From: Octopus bimaculoides
Taxonomy: Eukaryota
Length of the DNA stretch: 38,312 nucleotides
NCBI RefSeq assembly: GCF_001194135.2
Contig: NC_068997.1
Location: forward strand, 3,703,032-3,741,343
Reading direction: 5' to 3'
Below are positions 22,292 through 33,678 of this stretch, piece after piece. Each line of letters opens with the position of its first letter. The stretch's first letter is position 1. The notes under the pieces were generated by a model. The model was not told the DNA's origin, made no database searches, and saw only the letters and a program-made list of their open reading frames with translations. The translations under genes were made by a program, and so were the position numbers.

Positions 22292-22508
22292 AAGGCGACG
22301 GGCTAGCAAAATCGTTAGCACGCCGGGCAAAATGCTGCTATACATTTCTTCCGAATTGACGTTATGAGTTCAAATCTTGCCGAGGTCGACTTTTCCTTTC
22401 ATCCTTCCGAGGTCGATAAAATAGGTACCAGTTGATTACTGGGGCCAATGTAATCGACTTAGTCTCTCCCCCGAAAGAGCTGGGCTTGTGCCAAGATTTG
22501 AAACCAAT
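22292..22508 (+). mobile_element. SINE family A (full-length)
   Basis: Head, B-box GAGTTCAAATC, body and tail all align with other copies. Confidence 0.85.
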
Positions 22509-22829
22509 ATTAAGAAAGTATCAACATCTATACCACTCTAAACATGAAACGACATAGAGCGAGAACACTTAGGGTCTATTATAAATGTTAGTTCTCACTA
22601 TTTTGGAGGATTTAACATGCAACATAACTAAATTTATATCACAAAGAATGGCCGTACGACTCCAGAAAATAATTATTCTCCGAAGTTCAGAAGAGAACTA
22701 TAATGAAGGTTTGATTCTACCCGGTGACAGTATCGTTGTAACATACACAGAGATCTTAGGCAAGTGCTAAGACAAGACACCAGGAAGTTGAGTCACCACT
22801 ACATGACAACGTCACTGTATCACTACAGC

Positions 22830-23035
22830 AGTTTCAAATTTTGGCATAAGGCTAGCATTGTAGGGCGGGGACAAGTCAATTCCATCGGTCCCAGAACTCA
22901 ATCGTTACTTATTTTATCGATCCTGAAAGGCAAAGGCAATCTGGGCGGAATTTAAACTCAGAACGTAAAGAGGGACGAAATATCTTTAAGCATTTTACCA
23001 AGAATCCTAACGATTCTACCAACTTGCAACCTCAC
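22830..23035 (-). mobile_element. SINE family A (full-length, diverged)
   Basis: GTTTCAAATTTTGGCATAAGGC...AACTCAGAACGTAAAG...CTAACGATTCTACCAAC. Confidence 0.8.
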
Positions 23036-23402
23036 TAAATCATTATATTAATAATTTTAGTTGTTCCATGATGTCATTCCATCACCCCAACTCGATATCG
23101 ATCAAGTTTCATTCAAACGAGAAATGCTACAGTAACACAATAACTCTACCCATAATTTAACGCTCCATATTCTCACGTGTGATCTAGAATAAGAGTTGGC
23201 AAATAAATGAATCCTTGTCCTAAAGAATATTGTTGGTAACTGGCTGAATAGAATATAGAAATATCTAGCTGTTTCTAAATAGATATCACAAAAAAGATCT
23301 ATACAAGTTCGAGGGACGGACAGTAGAATGAAAACAAAATTGAAAACCTTTATTTTTTACAATTTATGCGACTGTGTATTATATCCGTTGCATTCACTGA
23401 AA

Positions 23403-23745
23403 GGATCCTTTCCTTTTGGCCGGCATATAGAAAAAATAATTTTTTGTTACTAAACACTTTCAAATTTCGTATACTGGTAGAATGTGTCATTTAAAACAAT
23501 TTACTCTTTGCGTTTTTAAGAAAATTCATTATTTTCGAAGTTATTTCGTGTTAAAGTTGTCGTATTTCGGTAATTTCAACCAATCACTGATGTCTATTGA
23601 GGTGAAAACAATTACTGCTTTGGTTTGTCAACAAGACGTTCTAGTGGTGTAATGGTGACATCGTTCGTGCGTTTGTACTGGTTTTAGCTTTAGGGTTTTA
23701 GGGTTAGGGTTAGGGTTTTAGGGTTACGGTTTTAGGGTTAGGGTT

Positions 23746-23780
<35 letters not shown>

Positions 23781-24181
23781 AGTTAGGGTTTTAGGGTTAG
23801 GGTTAGGGTTAGGGTTAGGGTTTTAGGGTTAGGGTTATGGTTAGGGTTTTAGGGTCAGGGTTTTAGGGTCAGGGTTTTAGGGTCAGGGTTTTAGAGTTAA
23901 GGTTAGGGTTTTAGGGTTAGATTATGGTTAGGGTTTTAGGGTTAGGGTTAGGGTTTTAGGATTAGGGTTACGGTTTTAAAGCTAGGGTTAGGGTTTTAGG
24001 GTTAAGGTTGGGGAGGGGGGCAAAAATGTCTTTCCGAAAATAGTAACTGAAAAAAACCCTAACCTAACCCCAAAACCCTAATCCTATGTTTTAAATGACA
24101 CATTCTACCAGTATACGAAGTTTGAAAGTGTTTAGTTACAAAAAATTTTTTTTCTATATGTCGGCCAAAAGGAAAAGAACC
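23403..24181. mobile_element. Non-autonomous Merlin-like DNA element with internal telomere-like array, copy 2
   Basis: ~95-bp TIRs (23403-23498 and 24087-24181, about 6 differences) start with GG; perfect 8-bp TSD CACTGAAA (23395-23402 and 24182-24189). Terminal GG plus 8-9-bp TSD is characteristic of Merlin/IS1016. No transposase present. Confidence 0.85.
23690..24015 (+). repeat. Interstitial telomere-like array of TTAGGG and TTTTAGGG units
   Basis: Direct inspection; lies inside the 23403-24181 element. Confidence 0.95.
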
Positions 24182-24189
24182 CACTGAAA

Positions 24190-24600
24190 TTCTACAATAA
24201 AAGGAAGGCTACTACAATCAGTTCATAAAGTATCTAACTTTAAAAACAGAGTCTCCTACAGACCTTTTATATCGCCTGTATTTAACTTCAAAGATAAATT
24301 CCACAAAAAAGAAATTAATTTTATTGTGATAATCACGCTGTTTAATATTGGAGGATTTTCAATTCCAATAAATCTCATATCAAATATGTCGACAAACCTC
24401 TGATATTGATCTGAGTGGTGTACGTGTCTATTCTTCACGTGACAACCGAAAAGTCAAGGTAAATATTTAGCTATTCATATTTTCAATGTATTCTATTTCT
24501 CTCACACCCCTAATGCCCTTGAGAAAGTCAGATATTCCGGACAATTAGAATTCACAAACTTCTTTATTTGTAGTTTATGACACTACAAACAGAAGAATTG
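24190..24600. repeat. Unclassified dispersed repeat X (uninterrupted copy)
   Basis: Colinear with 16975-17640; lacks the SINE insertion. Confidence 0.7.
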
Positions 24601-24654
24601 ACATTTTCCATTATTATGATAAAGTTGCTGTGTTGACTTGCAAGTACGCACTGA

Positions 24655-24805
24655 CGTAGGTGTGGTGGTGAATAGATCACTTCACAACAGCGGGGTTCCG
24701 GGTTCGATTCTTTTACACGCACCTTAGACAAATATATAACCTCAAACCGACAAAGGCCACAAGTACAAAATTTGGTTAACAGAAATTGTATGGAAGCCCG
24801 ATTGC
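24655..24805 (+). mobile_element. Degenerate SINE family B 5' part
   Basis: GGTTCCGGGTTCGATTC...CACCTTAGACAA...AAAATTTGGTTAACAGAAATTGTATGGAAGCCCG. Confidence 0.6.
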
Positions 24806-25363
24806 GAGAATATTGCTGTTCTTGGAGTGGTGGAATTTACTCGATGCCCCGTTTAACATCTTTACCTTGTCCGTGGATGCTTTTAAGGGACGGGTTCACC
24901 TCTGTTGTAAGAATTTGGGTCAATTTTCGTACAGCTTGATATGACCATTTTCCCTTCATTCCACCATTTGAAAAGTCATTGATAAGGGTGGACCACGCTA
25001 CTATTCCATGTCTGACGAACCCATTAAAAGAAATAACTATATTCATATTTTGCTTCTCTAATATGACCTTCAATATCTTGTCTTCATATTTCCTGTTTAA
25101 GCTTTTCACTTGACTGTTCTAAGGCTACAGTTATTACTACACTGAAACAAAATCTTGTATTTGGTTACTCAATCCACTAGATATAGCAGTCAAATCTCTG
25201 AACAATTCTAAAATTTCATAGCTAATTTGTATTAATTAGATGTGAACAAGTAAGATGACCACAGATGGAGTGCTTTAATCAAAGGCTGCTTGTTTAATGC
25301 TGACATGGGCATCGACATCACCCACAAACCAGGGAACAACAACACAAACAACAACAAAGTCCT

Positions 25364-26900
25364 TTCTATTATAAGTAGAAGGCCTGAAACTTATAAGGAA
25401 GTGAGCTAGTCATTTACATCCATCATAGTATGCAACTGGTACATATTTCCTCGACCCTAAAAGGATGAAAGGCAAAGTTGGCCTCACCAGAATTTGAACC
25501 CAGAAGGTAAAAAGACTAAACACTTCAAAGCATTTTGACTGGTGTGCTGAAGATTCTACCTGCTCGTCAAATTAATAATAATCCTTTCTACTATAAGCAA
25601 AAGGCCTGAAATATTGAGGGAGGGTTGGTCACATTGACCCCAGTACTTGACTGGTACTTTATTTATCGACACCCAAAAGGATGAAAGGCGAAGTCGACTT
25701 CGGTGGAATTTGAACTCAGAACATGAAGACAAACGAAAAGCTAAGGATTCTGTGCGGCGTGCTGACGATTCTGTCAGCACGCCGCCTTACCTACAACAAT
25801 AATAATCCTTTCTACTAAAGGCCCAAAGCCTACAATTTGGGGGCAGGGGACTAGTCAATGTAATCGACTCCAGTGTTTCACTGGTAATTGATTTGTCGAC
25901 CCCAAAAGCATGACAGATGAAATCGACCTCTGGAGAATTTGATCTCAGAACATAAAGACGGACGAAATGTCTCAAAGCATTATTTTACCAGCTCGTCGCC
26001 TTCACAATAATAATCTTTTCTACTAAAGGCACAACGCCTGAAATTTTGTGGGAGAAGACTAGCCGATGACGTCGACCCAGTTTTCACTGGTACTTAATTT
26101 ATCGACACCGAAAGGATGAAAGGTAAAGTCTATGTCGGTGGAACTTGAACTCGGAACATAAAGACGATAAAAATGCTACTAAGCATTTCACACGATGTCG
26201 TAACGATTCTACTGGCTTGCAACTTTAACCAAAACAAATTGATATTAGGTATATGTAGAGGGGACGGGATTGAGCATCAAGATTTCCGGTATAGGTGGTA
26301 AGTACGGGAAATGAGTGAGCGCATATTGGAGAAAAAGTTTTCAACGTTGAATAGACAGAAAGGATGAAAGTACGTAAAAGAAATAATAATGACCCTTTCT
26401 ACTCTGGACTTGCAATTTTGGGGCCGAGACAATTACTTCGTCCCCAGTGTGCTTATATTAACTTGAGCTTATTTTATCAACCTCGAAAGCGAAAGTCGAC
26501 ATCGATGGAATTTGGACTCAGTTTGAGGGATGGGGGAAGGAAAATCGATTATATCACCTCCAGTACTTCCAAGTCACGTTATCGATCCCGAGGGGATGAA
26601 ACAAAATTCGACATCGGCGGAGTTTGAAATCAGAACGTTACCAGCTGGAATATATGGTATTCAATATTTTGTCCGAGGCAGTTACGACTCTGCCAAGTTC
26701 GCTACCTTTCTGCAAGATAAAGAAATCTTTTCAACTATATGCCCAATGCATGAAAATTTGGCGGGGGGTGGGAGGCAAGCAGATTATGCTGATTCAGTGC
26801 TACACGGGCAATTATTTTGTTAACCGCAGATAGATAAAAGGCAAAGTCAACATTCCAGGAATTTGAATTCAGGCGAAAAAGGCGATTCTGCCAACAATGA
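25364..26900 (-). mobile_element. Cluster of seven co-oriented SINE family A copies
   Basis: Copies at ~25364-25570, 25580-25790, 25802-26003, 26010-26225, 26385-26520, 26521-26710 and 26720-26900; the first four are joined by short (AAT)/(AAC) linkers. Confidence 0.85.
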
Positions 26901-27794
26901 GAATACTTACTTTTGTATTTTTTATATATTGTGTTAATACTTTAACACAATAGGAACTGCATTTCAGAAGTATCTGAATAAACGCAAAGAAAATAAACAC
27001 AATAAAAACAATATATATAATGCATGTGATCTTGAAAAGGCTTCATAGAATTGTTTCAATGTCGATATCTTTAACACTAGCCAGTTGAAATTAAACGAAT
27101 ATTTCGTCAGAAATTTATTTATGTGTATATATTTTGAAACCTTTATTCCCATCACTATATGTGTGGGTGTGTATGTATATATTCATACATACATATTGTT
27201 ACCCGATTTTACATGGCAAACAGTTGGACAAAAGTGTTTGACTTTTTTTTTTTTGTTTTACAAAGACTTGTAAAGGAATCTATAGAGAGCAGTCAATGCC
27301 TTTGAGTCTTACCAGCTGTTAGTTTAGCACGTGTAACGCATGTAACGGCCAACGGAAGAATTGAGAACAAAACATCTGAATACCAAGAAAAATGAGGACA
27401 ACCAATAAGGGAGAACCTCGACAGTGGCTGCACATAATAGAAATGCCAGCCAAATCTTTCTACAAAATCTCATATTTTTTTCTAAATATGAAGGTCAAAT
27501 TGGACAATACAGTCGTAGAGATGGAAGCAGATGAGATGATTCAGGCTGGACTACCTCTCATAAATCCATCATTGCTATCAACAATAAATTGCACAGTGTC
27601 TATTATTATACAGAAATAGACTGAACAGTAGAAAAAATGCCCCACTGTATCACATGTGTTTCCTCATAGTATTACAATCATATAGAAATATTTGCACAAC
27701 ATAGACATTGCAGAATGTAGCAGATATTTCATCAGGGGCCTACCCGTTTGAAGTTGACCTGTGGCTAAATAACAACCCTTTCTATTTTTTCTAG

Positions 27795-28188
27795 TTTCAG
27801 CGCAAGGCCGGCAGTGGGGGAAGGAAAATCGATTACATCGCCTCCGGTACTTCAACGTTACTTTATTGACGCCGAAACGATGAAAGGCAAAGTCGACCTC
27901 GGCGATATTGAAACTCGGAATGCAAATTCGGAAGAAACACCGCAAAGCATTTTACCCAGCGTGATAATGATTCTTTTCTACCCTAGGCATAAGGCCCGAA
28001 ATTTTGAGGGGGGGGGTGCCAGTCGATTAGATCGACACTAGTACGCAACTGGTACTTAATTTATCGACTCCAAAAGGATGAAAGGCAAAGTCGACCTTGG
28101 TAGATTTTGAACTCAGAACGTAAAGACAGATGAAATAACGCTAAGCATTTCGCCCGGCGGGCTAACGCTTCTACTAGCTCGCCGCCGT
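27795..28188 (-). mobile_element. Two head-to-tail SINE family A copies
   Basis: ~27795-27970 and ~27971-28188, both with AAAGGCAAAGTCGACC and a B-box. Confidence 0.85.
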
Positions 28189-29314
28189 TATGCATGTATG
28201 TATAAAACGTTTCTTACAATTACTGGGATCATGTAAATTGCAATCGGACATTACATGATCCCCCAAATTGCCTCAAGTGTAGAGAATTAAGTATTCTAAT
28301 ATTCACCTGTAAGCATTCTTAGCTAAATATATCCGGAACATTTTAACATGCCACACATCACTAATCCTGCTGTGAAGGCATGGAAACTTTACGAATGCAT
28401 TTATTCATTTCTATAAAGCTTCAGAAATTTCCTGTCATTTCAACAGCTACAAGATAAATATTTAATTTTGACTTATATCGTTTCAAGAATGATTAGGGCG
28501 TTATTTGAATAACTGAAGTCCACGTGTCTCCTTCACCACTGTCCTTTCATTAACCACTCCCGTCAATATTTCAAAGAAAACTAATACAATAGCTCCATGA
28601 TAAGATTACAATGACAATCCTAAAACGTCACCAGATCAACAGCAAATCAATGTTCAACATTTGCCGGTAACGTCGTACAACATCTACAATGTTATCAGTA
28701 ATTTTACTTTGCACACCCCATAGAATCGTGTGTAGGCTAAGAATTGAGGTTTGCAAATGAACTAATTCACATATGAAGGAGACCTGTTGGGAACTCGGTC
28801 AGAATCATTAGAAGAATGATATCATAAAGAAAAAACTAGAACCGTATAAACTCTCATTTGAAAGGAATTTGTAAACCTTTTTTTTTTAACAGAACGGATT
28901 TATTTGTTCAGTTAGAGAAAAAGCGTTTTAATTGAGTTTGGGGGTTATCTCATAACCGCCATGATCAGACTTATGACACGTGGGGTGTCAGCCGAACAAA
29001 TAGGTGCTTGACATATCTATTTCTTCCTACGCTCTTTTTTTTTCTTGTTTGTCCATTTCGATATTTTGTTTGTGTGAGTGGTGGAAGGTTAGTGTCATGT
29101 AACTTGGTCAGTGTTCACTCAGAATAGTTTGAGCTAGCTCCAGTCAGAGACTAAAAAATCAAGAAAATACACCTTTATGTAGCTGATGTGAATATCTGTC
29201 CCATCTTTGCCTTGGCAATGGCAATTGCATCAATATTTGTATTGTTTATATTTTACTGTGCGTATGCGTGCATTGTCGATCTGGGTGAGAGAGATAAAAT
29301 AGATTTAGAGTAGA

Positions 29315-29432
29315 ATGTCCCAAGTTATTATACTCACTGATTAAGATGTCCCAAGTTATTATACTCACTGATTAAGATGTCCCAACTTATTATACTCACT
29401 GGTTAAGATGCCCCAAGATATTGTACTCACTG
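29315..29432. repeat. 31-bp minisatellite, ~3.8 copies
   Basis: Unit ATGTCCCAAGTTATTATACTCACTGATTAAG starts at 29315, 29346, 29377 and 29408. Confidence 0.95.
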
Positions 29433-29667
29433 GTACTCCATATTCAATTTAATTTAATTTATTAACATTTCAGGCTTCTCTTCTTTGCATTTTTTTAATT
29501 AGAATTAGAAATTTATATGAAAATAGTTCTAATCTTTAAGGTTATAATTTTGATTTATTATAATTTGTTGTCTTATGATATCAAGTAGATATCAAGTCTT
29601 CAGAGTAAAGCTCTGACGATATTGTGCAGTAGACACCCCTGAGTGTATCGTATCAGTAATTATATTT

Positions 29668-29900
29668 AGAGAGAGCCTCTGTTAGATAGCTTTACTTGTT
29701 AGAAGTAGCCACCAAATATTCCTCAAATCAAAGTTTTGTTAGTTTAAAGACGAAAGAACGCAAGAGATAATATAACAATCGAAGTTTACTAAGAGAGAGC
29801 CTCTGTTAGGTAACTTGACTTGTTAGAATTAGCAACCAAATCTTTCTCAAATAACAGCTTTGTTTTCTTAAAAACGAAAGAATGCAGGAAATAATATAGT
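29668..29900. repeat. Tandem dimer (period ~124 bp) of a dispersed repeat fragment (family D)
   Basis: GAGAGCCTCTGTTAG at 29671 and 29795; the motif TTGTTAGAA.TAGC.ACCAAAT..CTCAAAT is also seen near 1630-1670 and inverted near 36010-36040. Confidence 0.8.
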
Positions 29901-29937
29901 TTTAATTTTAAAAAGACGAGTTTTTTTTTTGTATTAC

Positions 29938-30155
29938 CTCTGGTCATATGTCTGCTGTAACAGAATAGATCCGTGTCTAAACTACAGTCCCCGCCACAAC
30001 AACAACATAACAGACGACAGATCCTCTTACGTGAATGTTTGGTTTCATTGGTGAAAAGTCGTATTGTTATTACAACACTGACTGAGGTGGTCAAGTAGAC
30101 AAAAAGGTTTCCGTCATTTATTGAAACTCCACTCGGGTCTATGACAATTTCGATC
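29938..30155 (-). CDS. Candidate exon (alternative donor gives 30031-30155) of an unidentified gene
   Basis: Acceptor TTTGTGAACAG/G; single open frame IEIVIDPSGVSINDGNLFVYLTTSVSVVITIRLFTNETKHSRKRICRLLCCCCGGD...; donors GTAAGA (30025-30030) or GTAATA (29932-29937). Confidence 0.3.
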
Positions 30156-31199
30156 CTGTTCACAAATGAAATATAATACATACTTTAAATCTGTTGAGTC
30201 TCAACAAGAAAAGATCTAAACATGAACAAAACATTTAGAAATATCTGTTCTATTATTTCCATGTGATCGTATATTACTTTTTGTTTGGGAATTCCCACAC
30301 GTTACACAATGCAAATAACTATAAAAGACAAGATAAAAACAGTATAATTACGACGCTGAGAAGAATGGAGAAAGTCAATAGTCGATAAGACGTAAAATAA
30401 TAAAAGGCGGTAAAAGTTGAGTGACGAGTGCATTGCTATTAAAACGTGTTTGTTTATTAAGATTTTTCAATGTCATTACTACTTGTTTTTGTACTTCATA
30501 TTTAAAGCAGTGCACAATGGATTAAAGGACTGCTCCTCACTTCCACCACACCATTCCACCACTTTCATCTTCAATCAGATGTGGCCTGTTATTTCTCAAA
30601 GATAAATGATACATTGACAAACGGGACATTTGCGGCTTTACGTTCCAAACATTCTCGTAATGTCAAGAACATTTTTTTTTTGTAGAGTCATACAATGATA
30701 ATTAAGATTCTATGAAAGGGATTGAGAAAAAAATATCTCAATATTTCAAGGTTGCCTGTGTTATTGACAAAAGTTGACTTCAGACATTGATACAAATTCC
30801 AATTTGGCAACAATCTCAGGACAGCATTGGTAAACATTGTACATCAAAGAATAAGTCAGCTTTCAGAACAAGAAAATATCAAACTTCCGATCATTTGACG
30901 ACCATTCAGTAATCAAGAGTTGGAATATAGTCTATTTTTCTCGAGTATTGGCCACTGCTTATCTACGAGAGAGACTGTACTTAATTACGTGATTTGTTCA
31001 ATCATAGACTTCAAGGCAAACCCTTAAAAAGGCGGTGCGGCGTGACTGGAGAGCCTTTCGACCTAATATCGTTAATTAGTGCGCTAAATAACAGCAATAA
31101 AATTATCCTAAGTCGTTAGTTCAATTCTTCAGCAGAATCCCACTTTGTGACCTTGAGCAAGGTAGCTAATTTAATGTTTTTCCTGTTTACTCTGCTGTA

Positions 31200-31900
31200 A
31201 TGAGTACCAGTTAGATACTGGTGCTGCAGCATCTAAATGGTGGCAGTTTCATGTTAGCAACGTACAGAGTTCTAGTGGCGCATAAGAGCAATGATCTTCT
31301 CAAGAAAACTATAGGTGTTGATAAGGATGAAGTAACTGGTCTCTTTCGGAAGCCTTTCAGACCGCTTGCTATAATGGATAATTTCCAGAAATTTTCAGCA
31401 TGGTAGTACAACTGAAGGAGCACTACCGGTTCGAATAAACTCTACAGGCACGAAAGTACCGACAAGTCAGACTGATGGAGATGCGCAAAAGGCGATGAAA
31501 CCGTACTACACGTACGCATGCCGTATCCATGCATTGCTGACTTGTGTTGCTATGTAGAACATGTATTGCCGCATATAGGACGAATCTGGCTATCTACCAG
31601 ATTCGTCCTATATGCGGCAACACATGTTCGACATAGCACCACAAGTGGAGTTCATTTGTTTAATGGCTATATCATAAGAGTTTGTGTGGTGGAGGGGGCT
31701 GAAAGTCTTGAGGACAGACATTTGCCTTTTCGGTCAAGCTCACATCAGATTTTGATTTTTACGTACTACTAGGAAGGAAAAGTGAAGATGGAGAGGTGAA
31801 TAGTTTCCGTCAGCGAATTTGTGAAGAAATGGGTGACAATGGTACAAATAGCTAGGAGAATGGACCGACTCTAAGTATACACCTTGGTGTTTAGGTTGAT
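31200..31900 (+). mobile_element. L1/Tx1-type LINE ORF2 C-terminal remnant
   Basis: Broken frames give ALPVR / KLYRH / RCAKGDETVLH..P..IADLCCYVEHVLPHIGRIWLS, resembling the Cys/His (zf-RVT) C-terminus of L1/Tx1 ORF2. Boundaries approximate. Confidence 0.7.
31540..31646. repeat. 50-bp inverted repeat hairpin with 7-nt loop
   Basis: Arms 31540-31589 and 31597-31646 pair at 47 of 50 positions; the inner 24 bp are perfect; loop CTATCTA. Confidence 0.95.
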
Positions 31901-32049
31901 TCTGGAGGCTCTTCCGTATCAGAATGACTGCTTTATATTTATGTTCACACATTTAGTATAATATAATTTTTAGCTCATTTCATGTCTTCTCCATTTTCCA
32001 CAACAGTTTTTATGTAAACCCTTACACAAACTGTAAGATGTTTTTGTTG

Positions 32050-33678
32050 TATTCCCCTCGGTGATGCTCTATCGCCAATTAAAAAAATCGTTACCGTCAT
32101 TATCATCAACTTGCAAAAACAGCCCCGCTAAACCATTAAAGTTGCTATTTCAAAAGTCGCTTGAAACCGGCATATTCTCAGAACTATTGAAAGAAGCAAC
32201 AGTAATACCTATCCATAAAGGAGTTAGCAGGGCTGCAGCTAAAAGTTACAGACCTGTCTCTCTCACATCTTACACAACTAAAAGTGTAGAATGCATTATC
32301 CGAAAAAGAATAACTGCTTATCTTGAGAAAAACAGCCTCTTAGATAATACACAGCATGGTTTTCGGACTAGACGAGGTTCCTTGACACAACTGTTACAAC
32401 ACCATAACACTATCCTCAATGATCTCCTGACTAGAAAGGACACTGACTGCATTTATTTTGATTTGCTAAATTGTTTGACAAGATTGATCATGGAATCCTC
32501 TCGCATCAGATAAAGGGATCTTAGTATCATAGGAAAACTCGGAGAATGGCTCTTTGACTTCTAATGGGATAGGAATCGATCTGTTGCTGCAAACCGTTAT
32601 CTCTCAACAAAGTCACCCGTAATAAGTGGTATACCTCAGGATACGGTTCTAGGACCATTTTTATTTATCATAACCCTATCAGGCATAAGCTCACAAGTGC
32701 AATCGGCCAACCTAATGAGTTACGCCGACGACACAAAAATATCAATGGCTTTCCAAACTCCAGAAGATGCCATCACACTCCAAAATGACCTAAACATCAT
32801 TTATCAATGTGCGGATAAAAATAATATGAAATTGAATACATCAAAATTTCAGGTCCTTCATTATGGAAGGAATAGACACAAATCTCAATATTTGGCGCTA
32901 GATAATACAATGATTCAGAGCACTGACGACATACGGAGTCTAGGAATAATCATGTCAAATGATGCATCTTTAATAATTCACATCACTAAAGTGGCCTCTA
33001 AAGGCATACATCTCATACGATGGATCTATGCTGACTCTATGCAAAACCTTAGTTCTGAGCAGATTAGCTTACTGCTCACAGCTTTTGTCTCCAAATTCAC
33101 CCAAACTCATAGAAGAAATTGAAGGGTTACAAAGAACATTCACCAGTAAAATAACTTTGGTTAATGGCCTTAATTACTGGGAATGCCTAAAAGTTCTATG
33201 TCTCAACTTTCTTGAACGCCGAATTGAGAGATAAGCTATTATATACGTATGGAAGATCAAGGAGGGACATCTAAACATCGGCATTAAAGTGAATTTTAAT
33301 GCTCGAACTGGTAGGTACTGTCAGCTTCCAAATATACCATCTCCAAACTCACGAGCAAAAACATTCTACTGCACCAGTTTAATATTCAGAATTCCTCAAG
33401 TATTCAACTATTTGCCCAAAACGATTATAAAAGGGACCTCTACTGAAACTTTCAAAAACATCATTGGATGAACTCCTAACGATATCGGACCAACCAACCA
33501 ACCATCCAAGGATATAATGAGGTGAGATCAGCTGCCACAAAATCGACTATCGACCAACTTTCAATCATAAACAATCATAAAGCGACAACAAAACTAAAAA
33601 TAATAATAATAAATTAAGGCAGTGCTCCATCATAGCCGCAGTTCGACGATTGAAACCATTAAAAGAATAAAAGAAAGA
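32050..33678 (+). mobile_element. 5'-truncated CR1/L2-group LINE with disrupted reverse transcriptase
   Basis: KEATVIPIHKG, SYRPVSLTS, QHGFR, DCIYFD, SGIPQDTVLGP and SYADDTKI motifs across frameshifts and stops; 3' tail ends AAAAGAATAAAAGAA. Confidence 0.95.

Noticed and set aside
29315-29432. 31-bp repeats as a CRISPR array
   Set aside because: The units are directly adjacent with no spacers; this is an ordinary minisatellite.
29938-30155. Diacylglycerol lipase-like segment (IVxDPxG ... RxxLLCCC)
   Set aside because: The resemblance is from memory and superficial: the linker is hydrophobic, a conserved Trp is missing, downstream spacing does not fit, and the Cys run coincides with a (TTG)n tract.
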